Counted from the stretch's first letter, positions 41,488 through 52,757 are shown. The stretch is DNA of 64,000 nt from an uncultured Spirochaetota bacterium (GCA_963783575.1 CAWAOD010000009.1:576001-640000); one strand, 5' to 3'. A program made the numbers and translations. Notes: generated by a model not told the origin, from the letters alone.

Positions 41488-42346
41488 AGCTATTCAGAAC
41501 CTTATCCATTTTTTCATCCAGTTCTTTTTTCATGTGGTTATTATAGTCATCGGCTGCAATATATGAACCATATATATCACCGGTATAGAAAACAAATCCA
41601 AGCGAAGCTGTTACCCATCCCCTGACAGATGAAATATTTTCCTGGGAGAAATAATAAGCGGAAAAAAGAGCAAATGACGCGACAGTTACAAAGGAAAAAA
41701 GGCCGTCAAAAGGCCTGTCGGTATAAAATTTTCCGCTTCCGGGAATAATTACCGAAAAAATTGATGCCAATACCGGATTTTTCGATTGAATCCTCTTATG
41801 ATTCTTATAAAATTCCTGAAATTCGGAAAAAATCAGGTTTCTATCAACCGGAAGTATCTCCGTGGGAAGTGAAAACAGCTTATCACCCTGCTCTTTAACC
41901 CCCAACCGGAAATAATCCAACCCGGCAAGAAATGACCAGTCGTTTAAAAATGGAAAAGTATCATAATTCTTATTAATAATGTCCAATGAAGAATTATAAT
42001 TGCTGGATTCTGCAAAACAAACAGCCAGATTTAGTTTTGCATTTTCTTCAAGCGAAGAGCCGGGGAATTTATTGAGAAATGTGATATAAAATGCTGAAGC
42101 CTTTTGAGGAAGTCCTGATTTTTGATAACATCTTCCGATTTTATAAACGCTTCCCGAAAAGTAAGGCTCAATAGGATATAAGGCAATAAGCCGCTGAAAT
42201 TCCAATGATGCTCCTGAATAATCACCCTCGGCATAAAGACTTTCAGCAAAACGGTTAATGGAATCCGCCGAGAAATAATCTGTTTCTCCAAAGATTTTAA
42301 TATTTGAAATTAGTAATAAAAATAATAAAAGCGATGGTTTTATCAT
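41477..42346 (-). CDS. TPR (BamD/YfiO-like) protein with the same C-terminal membrane domain
   Basis: FAESLYAEGDYSGASLEFQR TPRs, KNPVLASIFSVIIPGSGKFY. Confidence 0.65.
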   Translation of the reverse strand: MIKPSLLLFLLLISNIKIFGETDYFSADSINRFAESLYAEGDYSGASLEFQRLIALYPIEPYFSGSVYKIGRCYQKSGLPQKASAFYITFLNKFPGSSLEENAKLNLAVCFAESSNYNSSLDIINKNYDTFPFLNDWSFLAGLDYFRLGVKEQGDKLFSLPTEILPVDRNLIFSEFQEFYKNHKRIQSKNPVLASIFSVIIPGSGKFYTDRPFDGLFSFVTVASFALFSAYYFSQENISSVRGWVTASLGFVFYTGDIYGSYIAADDYNNHMKKELDEKMDKVLNSYDK

Positions 42347-42354
42347 AAAACTTC

Positions 42355-42780
42355 CTAGGGTAAAGGATCAATGCACAGGTCAGTTTTCTCATCCACCGGA
42401 TAGTATTCTTTTGATTTTGGATGGCATCTCTGAAGTCTGTCGGATGACATCAAGATTCCCCTCAAAAGTCCGAATTTTTTTATGGCCTGTTCGCTATAAT
42501 GGGAACAACTTAGCTGAAACTGACAGGAGGGTTTATCCTGTGATGAAATACATGCCTGATATAGATGAATCGCCATTATGGATACCAATTCCCAGTCATT
42601 ACTTGTACGTGGAATAATGGAAGATTGCCGTTCATCATGATTCAGGTTTTCATTTCCGTAACTATCAATTATAAACCTTTTTTCCTGAAAATCATTGTTT
42701 AACTGCTCTCCAAATGCACTGCTAATAAAATAACCGGTTAAGATCAAGAAATAAATAAATCCGATAATCAATTTTACCAT
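42355..42780 (-). CDS. yidD: YidD-family protein with N-terminal signal-like extension
   Basis: LYQ..IS...CQFQLSCSHY...FGLLRG...DRLQRCHP. Confidence 0.75.
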   Translation of the reverse strand: MVKLIIGFIYFLILTGYFISSAFGEQLNNDFQEKRFIIDSYGNENLNHDERQSSIIPRTSNDWELVSIMAIHLYQACISSQDKPSCQFQLSCSHYSEQAIKKFGLLRGILMSSDRLQRCHPKSKEYYPVDEKTDLCIDPLP

Positions 42781-43475
42781 AAGACATCCTGAAACGAAGC
42801 TTTTGATGGGATTTTCGCAGCATCAGCAATTTCAGGGAAAATAGAATTTTGAATTATGTTGGAATAATGGATTTCCTGCCTGATAAAATTCGTCCCCATA
42901 TGCGATTCAATTATAATTATTTTTGGGAAACGGTAGTTTTTATTAAGAACAGTGTATTCATCAAAATATGTCGCAAGCATTTCATTTTTTTTCTTATCGA
43001 AGATCCTGTAAAGAATGATATTTTTATTGCTGGTTGTAAGCTCTGCTTTCAGGATGGTATTCTTAAATTGTGCGGGAGGGTCCCAGTCCGTAATAAGAAC
43101 TTTGTTAGACAACAAGCTCTCCTTTAGTACAAAACCAGAAGCCGATAAGCCAAGGTCGCTTTTTGTCAAACTATCAAGTTGAAACTGCATCGCTTTCGCA
43201 CTATTTTTTTTATTAATCATTCTTAGGACTTTATTTTCATCGGGGTAATATATTAAATTTGTCAAACCCTCATAATAAATCCATTGATTTATTGGTTTCA
43301 AGACCTGCATTACAAAATATTCTGTTCCGGAAATGTATATTTTTCCTTCAACTATGTCAATTGAATTATTGATTATCTTTTTCTGAACGAAATCCATCTG
43401 GATATTTCCCGAAAAAGAAAAACATTTTACTGAAAACATAATTATTAATACAATAAACTGATATAGTCTTATCAT
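42774..43475 (-). CDS. LolA-like periplasmic protein
   Basis: Signal peptide; EGKIYI...KP.NQ...IYYPDENK pattern; C-terminal YSNI..N...P. Confidence 0.5.
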   Translation of the reverse strand: MIRLYQFIVLIIMFSVKCFSFSGNIQMDFVQKKIINNSIDIVEGKIYISGTEYFVMQVLKPINQWIYYEGLTNLIYYPDENKVLRMINKKNSAKAMQFQLDSLTKSDLGLSASGFVLKESLLSNKVLITDWDPPAQFKNTILKAELTTSNKNIILYRIFDKKKNEMLATYFDEYTVLNKNYRFPKIIIIESHMGTNFIRQEIHYSNIIQNSIFPEIADAAKIPSKASFQDVLW

Positions 43476-43540
43476 AAAAGAACCTCATTTAAATAATTAT
43501 AATACAGAAATGAATTATACTCAAAGAGAAGTATTAAATC

Positions 43541-44170
43541 TTAATTATTGCTAATATTTACTGCGATAATACCAAGTTTTTCAATCAAAACTGACATTTC
43601 CAGGAACCATAATTTATTTTCAGGAATCTCGGGAACCTCTGGATATAAATATTTTACTATATTAATTTTTAATTCCTGTTTCAAATCATTGTTTTGAGGA
43701 AGAAAGAAAAAAGTCAGGATTTCCTTATGTTCTTCTCCTATCCCTAAAAACAGAAAGCATAGATCCTTCAGCCATAAATAATTGATAATTTTTCCCATAA
43801 ACCGGCCTGTATCATAGAAATCAACAGTTTTTCTACCTATTAAAGGATTTATAATGCCGAATAAAAATAATAATTTATCGGAAGTTTTTTTAAATAAATA
43901 ATCAACTGGTTCTCTATTTAGCGGATGCTCTAATTCAATCGATTTATAAGCAAGATATTCGGAAATTCTAATAAAAATCTTATTTTGGCTGTAATTTGCA
44001 ATAATTTGATCAACCAATTGTTTCCGGACTAATTGCTTATTATCATCGGATAAATTATTAATAATTTTGGCTTCTTCAGGAAAAGCCGGAGAATAATTAA
44101 TTGTTAATTGAAATATTTGAATGAAAATAACAAATATAAGACATTTTTTAACAAACTTGCAATTTTTCAT
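43541..44170 (-). CDS. Hypothetical protein
   Basis: 209-aa ORF with hydrophobic N-terminus, overlapping the ddl stop. Confidence 0.5.
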   Translation of the reverse strand: MKNCKFVKKCLIFVIFIQIFQLTINYSPAFPEEAKIINNLSDDNKQLVRKQLVDQIIANYSQNKIFIRISEYLAYKSIELEHPLNREPVDYLFKKTSDKLLFLFGIINPLIGRKTVDFYDTGRFMGKIINYLWLKDLCFLFLGIGEEHKEILTFFFLPQNNDLKQELKINIVKYLYPEVPEIPENKLWFLEMSVLIEKLGIIAVNISNN

Positions 44171-45270
44171 ATTACAGTAGTTTTAAGTTTTTTTCTATTT
44201 TCAAAATCTTCAATAGCAAGTGTAATCAAGCGGTCCACCAGTTCCATATAACCGATCCCGCTGTATTCCCAAAGTTTTGGATACATACTTATCTTTGTAA
44301 ATCCCGGAATGGTGTTGATTTCATTAACATAGATACAGCCGTTATCTGAAAGAAACATGTCCACGTGGCCCATGCCGGTACAGGATAAAACCTGAATGTT
44401 TTAACTGCCAGTTCCTGTATTTTTTTAACTATCTCTCGGGACAAATCAGCCGGTATTTTTAATACTGCACCGTCTTCATCTATGTACTTTGCTTCATAAG
44501 AATAAAATCCACCTTTGGGAACGATCTCTCCGGGAACAGAGGCCAGGAGGATATCATTGCCAAGGACGGCGCATTCGATTTCACGTCCGGAAATGCATTC
44601 TTCCACAATTACTTTCAAATCATACTCAAAGGCTTCTTCCAGGGCTTTTTTATATTCACCTTCATCAGTAACCCTGCTTATGCCGACTGACGAGCCGAGG
44701 TTTGCAGGTTTGATGAAAAGCGGAAGTCCCAGTTTTTCCTTTATTGTTTTAAAATTAATTTGATCCCTGTTTATCCGGTTAATAACAAAAAAATCGGCAA
44801 TCGGGATTCCGGCGTCTCTAAGAAGGCGTTTCATTATGTCTTTATCCATACCTACGGCGGAACCGGCAATTCCCGCACCGACACAGGGCAGATCGGCAAG
44901 CTTTGCCAATCCCTGAATAGTTCCATCCTCCCCGTATGGGCCATGAAGCACCGGAAAAATAACATCAATGTCGCTTACCGGATTATTATCATTGTTAAGC
45001 CGGATAAGCTTGCGGTTTACGCCATTTGGCGTCAATACGATTTCCATTTGAGAAGCTTTAAGCTGAATAAGCCTGGGATCATCTGTATTAAGCAAATTCA
45101 TGGGAATTTTCATTCAGGAACCATCTGCCTTCACGGTTTATGCCTATAAGAACAGGCTCATATTTTTCTTTATCCAGTGATGCTATTACATTTTTTGCGG
45201 ACTGCAAAGAGACCTCATGTTCTGCCGATCTTCCGCCGAAAATAACCGCCACTTTTAACTTCTTTTTCAT
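44167..45270 (-). CDS. ddl: D-alanine--D-alanine ligase; frameshifts at ~45095 and ~44394
   Basis: [45 protein letters not shown] spread over three ORFs. Confidence 0.88.
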
Positions 45271-45306
45271 ACTTGAACCCCTGATTAAGACTGATAATAA
45301 ATTTTA

Positions 45307-46302
45307 TCAATGAATAAAATAACGTACAAGATAATAAATTAAAGCAGACATTAAGGACGAGCAGGGTATAGTAAGTATCCAGGCCCATCCGATCTGTCTG
45401 GCTACTTTCCAGCGAACCGCAGTAAAACGTTTTAATGTCCCGATACCCATAATAGAACCGGTGATAGTTTGCGTTGTGCTCACTGGAATTCCGGAGACGG
45501 TTGAAATAAAAATGGTTATCGCAGCACCCATTTCAGCACAGAAACCGTCTATAGGATGAAGTTTTGCAACTTTTTGCCCCACTGTTTTAATTATACGCCA
45601 TCCACCGAACAATGTTCCCAAACCCATCGATATATAACATGCAATTATGACCCAGAGTGGTATGTAAAAATTCTTTCCCAGCATTCCGGCGCTGAAAAGG
45701 AGGCTCGCGATAATACCCATGGTTTTTTGAGCGTCATTACCCCCATGATTTATACTGAAAAAAGCCGCGGAAATTAGCTGCCCGTATCTAAAGAAATTAT
45801 CTACCTGAGCCGGAGATTTCTTCCTGAATAACCAGTAAACGGCCCAGCCGATCGTTAATCCAAGAAAAAGACCAAGAATAGGTGATATAACAAGAAAGAT
45901 TACGGTTTTAATTATTCCATTCCAGACAAGAATATGAGTACTACCGGATTTTATCAACGCCGAACCGATCAATCCACCCATTAAGGCATGAGATGAGCTT
46001 GAAGGAATTCCGAAATACCATGTAACAAGGTTCCATATTATCGCGCCAAGCAGGGTTGCAAAAATAATACCGGAATCTATAACAGAAAGATCTACTATGC
46101 CTTTTCCGATTGTTCCTGCTACATGCACTCCGAAAAAGAGAATTGCTATAGTATTAAATACAGCCGCCCATAACAAAGCATATTTTGGAGAAAGTACTTT
46201 TGTTGATACAATAGTTGCGATTGAGTTTGCGGAATCATGGAATCCGTTAATAAAATCAAATGAAAGCGCCAATAAAATAAGAAAAGCGATGAAAAATTCC
46301 AT
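45307..46302 (-). CDS. pit: PiT-family inorganic phosphate transporter
   Basis: GFHDSANSIAT, PSSSSHAL, HGGNDAQKTMG. Confidence 0.9.
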   Translation of the reverse strand: MEFFIAFLILLALSFDFINGFHDSANSIATIVSTKVLSPKYALLWAAVFNTIAILFFGVHVAGTIGKGIVDLSVIDSGIIFATLLGAIIWNLVTWYFGIPSSSSHALMGGLIGSALIKSGSTHILVWNGIIKTVIFLVISPILGLFLGLTIGWAVYWLFRKKSPAQVDNFFRYGQLISAAFFSINHGGNDAQKTMGIIASLLFSAGMLGKNFYIPLWVIIACYISMGLGTLFGGWRIIKTVGQKVAKLHPIDGFCAEMGAAITIFISTVSGIPVSTTQTITGSIMGIGTLKRFTAVRWKVARQIGWAWILTIPCSSLMSALIYYLVRYFIH

Positions 46303-46304
46303 AT

Positions 46305-46931
46305 TTATCCCTGTTTAACAAGAATCGATTCAATAACATTGGCTACATCCTCACAGATGTCCAGGACTGTCTCAGCTCCCTCATAAATTTCCTTCCATTT
46401 GATAAAAAAGATCGGATCGGGATTTGTATCAAGAAGTTTACCTACCAGAGCATCTTTTAATTGATCACCCAGATTTTCAAGTTTATGGACTTCAATATAG
46501 TTTTCAGTTATTGGCCGTGTCATTTTAGATTTTCTAAGGCCATGCAACGCTTTTGCAAGAGCCGTTACGGATTGCTCGATATAATCGGTGAATATTATGA
46601 GATCACTATCAATTTCTTTAATTTTGTAAATCTTTATCCGATTTGTAATGGAATAAAGCATATCCGCGATATTATCCAATTCCTGAGCCAGTTCATGAAT
46701 ATCCTCCCGGTCAAAAGGAGTGATAAAAGTACGGTTTAAAAGTTCAATAATATCGTGTGTATTAGTGTCACATTCATGTTCAAATTCATGCATCTTCAAA
46801 ACTATAACTTCATCAAAGACACCGCCTTTCACGATTTCTTTAAAATATTTCGAAGCTTCTAAAATACTGTTTGCCTGTTTATCGAATAAATCAAAAAACT
46901 TCTCCTCTTTCGGGAAAAGGCTGAATGCCAT
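46305..46931 (-). CDS. DUF47 phosphate transport regulator (PhoU-like)
   Basis: TFITPFDREDI motif; adjacent to pit. Confidence 0.88.
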   Translation of the reverse strand: MAFSLFPKEEKFFDLFDKQANSILEASKYFKEIVKGGVFDEVIVLKMHEFEHECDTNTHDIIELLNRTFITPFDREDIHELAQELDNIADMLYSITNRIKIYKIKEIDSDLIIFTDYIEQSVTALAKALHGLRKSKMTRPITENYIEVHKLENLGDQLKDALVGKLLDTNPDPIFFIKWKEIYEGAETVLDICEDVANVIESILVKQG

Positions 46932-47341
46932 AGAAAGTCTCCTCAGATATTATCTTATTTATAAATTGTTGCTTCTTAATCAAAAATTAACAATTAAAAG
47001 GGACTGGTTCAGCTCATATTATTACCAGATAATAAATTAAATAAAACAGAGACAATCGAAATTAAGCCGGTTAATATTATAATCCAACCGGTAAATTTAA
47101 TCAAACTGAAGCTGAATCTCTAATAGAATTAATTATAATCCGGAACTTTCAAACAATAACATGTAACTCTAAAAACAATAGCATTATAAATCATGCTATT
47201 TAATAAAACGCGCTTTATAATTATAATCGGCCGATTCTGATATTCCTATCCATACAGATGATTCACATCTGTATGGATGACTCACATCTGTACAGATAAT
47301 TAAAAAAACATTTGATTCGGCCAGCTATTCGGGAGTTAAAT

Positions 47342-49159
47342 ATGTATAAAGAAAATTTTAGAAATATTGCCATCATTGCCCATGTTGACCATGGTAAAAC
47401 TACTCTAGTTGATGCTATGCTTCGCCAAAGCGGTATTTTCAATGAACACCAGGAAATTAAAGACCGTGTAATGGATAACCTGGATCTGGAGAGGGAACGC
47501 GGGATTACAATCGTCGCCAAGAATACGGCGGTTTATTATCATGATATTAAAATCAACATTATTGATACTCCAGGCCATGCCGATTTCGGCGGTGAGGTTG
47601 AACGGGGTCTGAACATGGTTGAAGGAGTTCTTTTGCTCGTGGATGCAAGCGAAGGCCCTCTGCCGCAAACACGTTTTGTGCTAAGAAAGGCCCTGGCAAA
47701 AAAACTGCCCGTTATACTTGTTATAAATAAAATAGACCGCAAGGATGCCCGTGCTGCAGAGGTATTAAATGACGTCTATGATCTTTTTATCGAGCTTGGA
47801 GCCAATGAAAAGCAGATTGACTTCCCGGTGATTTATACCGTTGCCCGTGTTGGAGCAGCTTATTATAAAATTGGCGATGAATCAAAGAACCTGATCCCGC
47901 TCTTTGATACAATTCTTAAAGCCATACCAGCTCCCGAAGCTGATGACAATTCTATTCCTCAATTTCTTGTGACAAATCTGGATTATGATTTTTATATAGG
48001 CCAAGTCGCACTGGGCAGGATGTTTAACGGCAAACTTGATGCCGCGACGCCTTACTCGCTGATCAGTCCGGTTAATCCACCTCGTACTGTCCGTCTTACT
48101 TCATTATTCACCTTCCATGGCTTGCAGAAAAAGCAGGTTGAGCAAGCTGAAGCCGGTGATATCGTTGCGATTTCAGGTATTGAGAATATCAATATCGGAG
48201 ATACGATTACTTCCCTGGAAAATCCTAAACCTCTGCCGGGCATCCAGGTGGATGAACCAACGGTTTCAATGATTTTTTATGTAAATTCCAGCCCCTTCGC
48301 CGGGCGTGAAGGAAAATATCTGACAACCAGGCATCTCCGGGCAAGGCTCGAATTGGAGGCCTTACGAAATGTTTCCATCAAGGTATCAGACACAGACCGT
48401 GCTGATGCTTTTAAGGTATCTGGACGCGGCGAGCTTCAACTGGGCATATTAATCGAAACCATGCGGCGTGAGGATTATGAGCTAATGGTTTCCAAACCGA
48501 CAATTATAACTAAAACGATTGACGGAAAACTTTGCGAACCAATGGAACGAGTCTTTTTTGATATTCCCCAGGAATTTGTCGGTGTTATTACAGAAAAGAT
48601 GTCCCAGTGCAAAGGCAAAATGATGAATATGAAATCAAACGGTTCCGGTAGAGTTTCAGTGGAATATCTATGCGCCACCCGCGGGATGATCGGCTTCAGA
48701 AGCCAGTTTTTAACAGACACGCGCGGACTTGGAGTTATGAACACTCTTTTCGAAGGTTATCAGGAATGGGCTGGGAACCTACGCCGGAGAACAAGCGGGG
48801 TTCTGGTTGCCGACCGCATGGGGCAGTCTCATTCTTATGCTCATCTTGCCATGGAAGACAGGGGTGAGTTGTTTATTCAGGTTGGGACTGATGTTTACGA
48901 GGGGATGATTGTAGGAGAATGCAACCGTGACCGCGATATAGATGTGAATATAACCAAGGAAAAGAAACTGACCAATATGCGGAGTTCCACTTCCGATCAG
49001 ACAGTTGTGCTAAAAGTGCCGCGTATTCTATCACTGGATGAGGCAATCGAGTTTATTGAGGATGATGAATTAGTTGAAGTAACTCCGACAGCTTTCCGTA
49101 TGCGTAAAATGGAGCTAAATCAGGATAAACGAGCGGTTCTGGCCAAAACAAGGGAATGA
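47342..49159 (+). CDS. typA: Translational GTPase TypA/BipA
   Basis: [42 protein letters not shown]. Confidence 0.95.
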   Translation: MYKENFRNIAIIAHVDHGKTTLVDAMLRQSGIFNEHQEIKDRVMDNLDLERERGITIVAKNTAVYYHDIKINIIDTPGHADFGGEVERGLNMVEGVLLLVDASEGPLPQTRFVLRKALAKKLPVILVINKIDRKDARAAEVLNDVYDLFIELGANEKQIDFPVIYTVARVGAAYYKIGDESKNLIPLFDTILKAIPAPEADDNSIPQFLVTNLDYDFYIGQVALGRMFNGKLDAATPYSLISPVNPPRTVRLTSLFTFHGLQKKQVEQAEAGDIVAISGIENINIGDTITSLENPKPLPGIQVDEPTVSMIFYVNSSPFAGREGKYLTTRHLRARLELEALRNVSIKVSDTDRADAFKVSGRGELQLGILIETMRREDYELMVSKPTIITKTIDGKLCEPMERVFFDIPQEFVGVITEKMSQCKGKMMNMKSNGSGRVSVEYLCATRGMIGFRSQFLTDTRGLGVMNTLFEGYQEWAGNLRRRTSGVLVADRMGQSHSYAHLAMEDRGELFIQVGTDVYEGMIVGECNRDRDIDVNITKEKKLTNMRSSTSDQTVVLKVPRILSLDEAIEFIEDDELVEVTPTAFRMRKMELNQDKRAVLAKTRE

Positions 49160-49174
49160 ATAATTGTTTCATCT

Positions 49175-49203
49175 TTGACAAAAAACCTCAGTTTGTATAA
49201 AAT
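49175..49203 (+). promoter_or_regulatory. sigma70-type promoter
   Basis: TTGACA-N17-TAAAAT upstream of the GT pair. Confidence 0.6.
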
Positions 49204-49330
49204 AAAATCGATTATTGAAAAAGTAAATTATCTTTGTTGATTAATATAACGGTCATGGAACCTGCACTAAGCTGTAGCCTAGTGAGTTTGCCGAACTAAA
49301 GGGGCATACGTATCGAAAAGACAATCAGGT

Positions 49331-50155
49331 GTGATTATGAGTGTAAAAGTTTCTGTATTAACTCCGGTGTATAATACCGAGAAATTTGTTGGAGAAGCGA
49401 TTGAAAGTATTTTAAACCAGAGTTATAAAGATTTTGAATATATTATTTGCGACGATTGCTCCACAGATAATACATGGAATATTTTGACAGAATTTTCCAA
49501 AAAAGACACCAGAATAAAAATTGCAAAAAATGAAAAAAATCTAGGAATCGCAGGTAACCGTAATAAACTCATCACGATGGCCAGCGGGGAATATATTGCC
49601 TGGCAGGATGCGGATGATATATCAATGCCTTTTCGGATTGAACATCAACTTAATTTTATGGAATCCCATCTTGAAGTTGGAATTGTAGGCGGCTTTTTAC
49701 AATTTTTTGATGAAAATGGTAATAAGGATATCAGAAAATATTTTCCTGATGATACGTATTTAAGAAAGAATATTTTCAAGTTTTCTCCCGTTGCTCAGCC
49801 GGGATCAATGATCAGAAAGAAGTGCCTGGACGAATCAGGGAATTATGATTTAAGATTTCCACCGGCTGAAGATTTGGACATGTCTTTCCGGATAGGAAGC
49901 AGGTATAAATTCGCAAATCTTCAGGAAATTGTGATCAGGTACAGGGAGCATTTGAATTCCGCTACATACCGGAGGTTAAAAAAAATCGAGTTGTCTACAT
50001 TTGAAATCAGGAATAAATATTCTCACCGCTATGGATACAAAATGTCTGCCATAGACCGAATTTATAATCTGTTTCAGTTTATTTCAATATTTATATTGCC
50101 CCCTCAGCTCAAAATTTATATATTCAACAAATTAAGAAATTCACGGTCATTATAA
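49331..50155 (+). CDS. Glycosyltransferase family 2
   Basis: PVYN, DDCSTD, QDADD, AEDLD. Confidence 0.9.
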   Translation: MIMSVKVSVLTPVYNTEKFVGEAIESILNQSYKDFEYIICDDCSTDNTWNILTEFSKKDTRIKIAKNEKNLGIAGNRNKLITMASGEYIAWQDADDISMPFRIEHQLNFMESHLEVGIVGGFLQFFDENGNKDIRKYFPDDTYLRKNIFKFSPVAQPGSMIRKKCLDESGNYDLRFPPAEDLDMSFRIGSRYKFANLQEIVIRYREHLNSATYRRLKKIELSTFEIRNKYSHRYGYKMSAIDRIYNLFQFISIFILPPQLKIYIFNKLRNSRSL

Positions 50156-50156
50156 T

Positions 50157-51218
50157 ATGAAAATAGCATATCATATACCATCACTACAAACTATTTATGC
50201 TTCCCGGACTATTTATAACGGCTTTAAAAACGCTTTTCTTGATATGGGGCATGAATTTTATCCATTTACTTCAGATGACCGTTTGGAAGTCTTTTTAGAA
50301 AAATATTCACCCGATTTGTTTTTAACCGCCACTCATTTTTACCATAAAAAATTTCTGAATTTTGATATTCTCTATAATTATAGAAAAAAAGGAATGCTGG
50401 TTTTTGTTAAAATTGATTTCTGGAACTCACCCTTTGATAACACACTAAGAATCAATGAAGCGAAAAGCCTGAAAGATGATAAAGACACTGTCGGTTTGAT
50501 AAAAAAGGGATTATACGGCGACATTTTCTTTCACGTCACAGAAAAAGATGATTACCGGATGGAGGGGTTTGAGAAAGAAACCGGTTACCCTTATCATACA
50601 ATTCCTCTAGCAGCAGATAAATTAGTACTCAAGGAAGGCATTGATGAAAAATATAAGGCTGATATTTCTTTTTTAGGAACTTACCTTCCGCAAAAAAAAG
50701 ATTTTTTTAATAAGTATGTATTCCCTCTGTCTAAAAAATACAAACTGAAATTGTACGGCCAGGACTGGACATTTTTTGACCGTTCCCTGGGTTTTATACA
50801 GAAAATTGGCCAGTACTTTAATATCCCATATTTGAAATCTTTCAGGAAGCCGAAATTTAATCTGGAGGATGAAGCAAAAATATATTGCTCAAGTCTTGTA
50901 TCAATTAATGTCCATGAGGATTACCAGAGGAAATTCGGAGGGGACTGCAATGAGAGGACTTTTAAAATACCATTTTCAGGTGGTTTTGAAATTTGCGATA
51001 ATGTAGCCTGTATTAGGAAATATTTTAAGGAGGATAAAGAAATAATCATAGCCAAAGATGAAAAAGATTGGTTTGAGAAAATAGATTACTATATAAAAAA
51101 TCCCGAAAAACGGGAGCAAATAATTAAAGCTGGAAAAGAGAAAGTGATGAAGGAACACACCTATCATAACCGGGTTGAAAAGATGCTATCATTGTACTAT
51201 CAGTTTAAAAAAGCTTAA
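50157..51218 (+). CDS. CgeB-like GT-B glycosyltransferase
   Basis: DISFLG, NERTFKI..GGF, HTYHNRV. Confidence 0.8.
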   Translation: MKIAYHIPSLQTIYASRTIYNGFKNAFLDMGHEFYPFTSDDRLEVFLEKYSPDLFLTATHFYHKKFLNFDILYNYRKKGMLVFVKIDFWNSPFDNTLRINEAKSLKDDKDTVGLIKKGLYGDIFFHVTEKDDYRMEGFEKETGYPYHTIPLAADKLVLKEGIDEKYKADISFLGTYLPQKKDFFNKYVFPLSKKYKLKLYGQDWTFFDRSLGFIQKIGQYFNIPYLKSFRKPKFNLEDEAKIYCSSLVSINVHEDYQRKFGGDCNERTFKIPFSGGFEICDNVACIRKYFKEDKEIIIAKDEKDWFEKIDYYIKNPEKREQIIKAGKEKVMKEHTYHNRVEKMLSLYYQFKKA

Positions 51219-51464
51219 CCTTGCGGCATCGTGCCGCTTAGCGAACTTACGTTCGCCTATGGCTACCGGTAAAAGGGAGATTTCATGGGTTGCTTGGGCA
51301 GCTGGGCAACATCGTATTGCTCGCCGAACAGGCTTAAAAGATTTAAAATAACCCTGTTTTCCTGCCCTGTAAAGCTTTAAAATTATAATTTGTGATAATA
51401 TTATTATCTGAAAACAATAAAATCCTTTATAATTAGCAAAACAAAAAAGGGAAAAGAAAAGATT

Positions 51465-52328
51465 ATGGAAAGAATTTATAATAATAATGGTAACTTAAAG
51501 TTTATTCAAAGATATTTCTTTCATTATAACGGTAATTTAGTATCTCTTGATGAAGACATTCTTAAGGAATTTCATAACAATGGTAATTTAATTAGTTTTA
51601 GTGAACATTATATTGAGGCATTTTATCATGCTATAAAAAACATCGATGAAAAAATAGATTTTTTAAGCGTGGCTCTAAAAGAATGCAAAACTGATAGGGA
51701 ATTATATTTTAATATAAGTAAAAGAACCCCAATAATATACAATACTGCTTTAATTAAGCCAGAACCAATTATTATGGATGATTTAGTAATGAAATTTGAT
51801 TTTATGATTAAGTGGATTGAAAATGAATTAGAATATTTAAAAAGTAGTATGAGTTTGAAGCAAAACATGTATAATCAGAATAGAATAATATGGGGCGGAA
51901 TAGACAGGAAAAGCTTAGAAAACTTAATCAATAATTTGCAAGAAAAAGATTTTATTAATGATCGAATTAGTAATCCAAATATTACATTATGTCATTTTGA
52001 AGATTATAACAATAAACCATTTACTGAGAGTATCTCAGAACCAAAGCAAATTATTTGGAGAAAAGACGATACTGATTTGGTATTACTAATAACAGAATTG
52101 ATTGATAAACATTATATTGAAAATGGCTCTGGTTTTGCCGATATCATTCTCAATAATTTTAAACCAAGCCAGGATGAATTTAACAAACATAAGCCATATA
52201 CAATACATGGCTTAAAGACAACTAATGATAATATTAATCAAAGTACAATGACAAAAAAGGCAGGCAGAAGAATGACAAGACACGGTATGGTTATAATTGA
52301 TATAATTAATAATCTTGAATCTATTTAA
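51465..52328 (+). CDS. Hypothetical island protein
   Basis: 287-aa ORF with two internal I.W...L..LI..L....I repeats. Confidence 0.55.
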   Translation: MERIYNNNGNLKFIQRYFFHYNGNLVSLDEDILKEFHNNGNLISFSEHYIEAFYHAIKNIDEKIDFLSVALKECKTDRELYFNISKRTPIIYNTALIKPEPIIMDDLVMKFDFMIKWIENELEYLKSSMSLKQNMYNQNRIIWGGIDRKSLENLINNLQEKDFINDRISNPNITLCHFEDYNNKPFTESISEPKQIIWRKDDTDLVLLITELIDKHYIENGSGFADIILNNFKPSQDEFNKHKPYTIHGLKTTNDNINQSTMTKKAGRRMTRHGMVIIDIINNLESI

Positions 52329-52457
52329 GAATCATATGTAAACTTTTCAATTATTTTAATATCATTGAATAACATTCATGTATGTTCATGTACCATAATC
52401 GACAAACATCTTGATATATAATATTCTTAATAAGAAAAAAAAGAAAGAAATCTTATT

Positions 52458-52757
52458 ATGGAGAAATATATGCAAGAACAAATCCAAGATCAACTTACTA
52501 GAATTGAAGCAATACTGAAAGACCAAAAAGAAAAGCCTTTATCCTTTCTTGAAGCTTGTAAATATACAGGCTTATCTAAAAGCTATATGTATAAGCTTAC
52601 ATTCAAGGGTGAAATCCCTCATTATAAGCCTAATGGTAAAATGATTTATTTCACTAAACAAGACCTCGACAACTTCCTTTTAAGGAATAGGGTTGAATCA
52701 AATGAAGCCATTGACCAGAAAGCCCTTGATTTTGTAACAAAAAAGGGGGCTTTATGA
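52458..52757 (+). CDS. Excisionase-family HTH (HTH_17)
   Basis: LSFLEACKYTGLSKSYMYKLT..IPHYKPNGKMIYF. Confidence 0.85.
   Translation: MEKYMQEQIQDQLTRIEAILKDQKEKPLSFLEACKYTGLSKSYMYKLTFKGEIPHYKPNGKMIYFTKQDLDNFLLRNRVESNEAIDQKALDFVTKKGAL

Noticed and set aside
46940..47230. PHO boxes upstream of DUF47-pit
   Set aside because: AT-rich with no convincing 11-bp-period direct repeat
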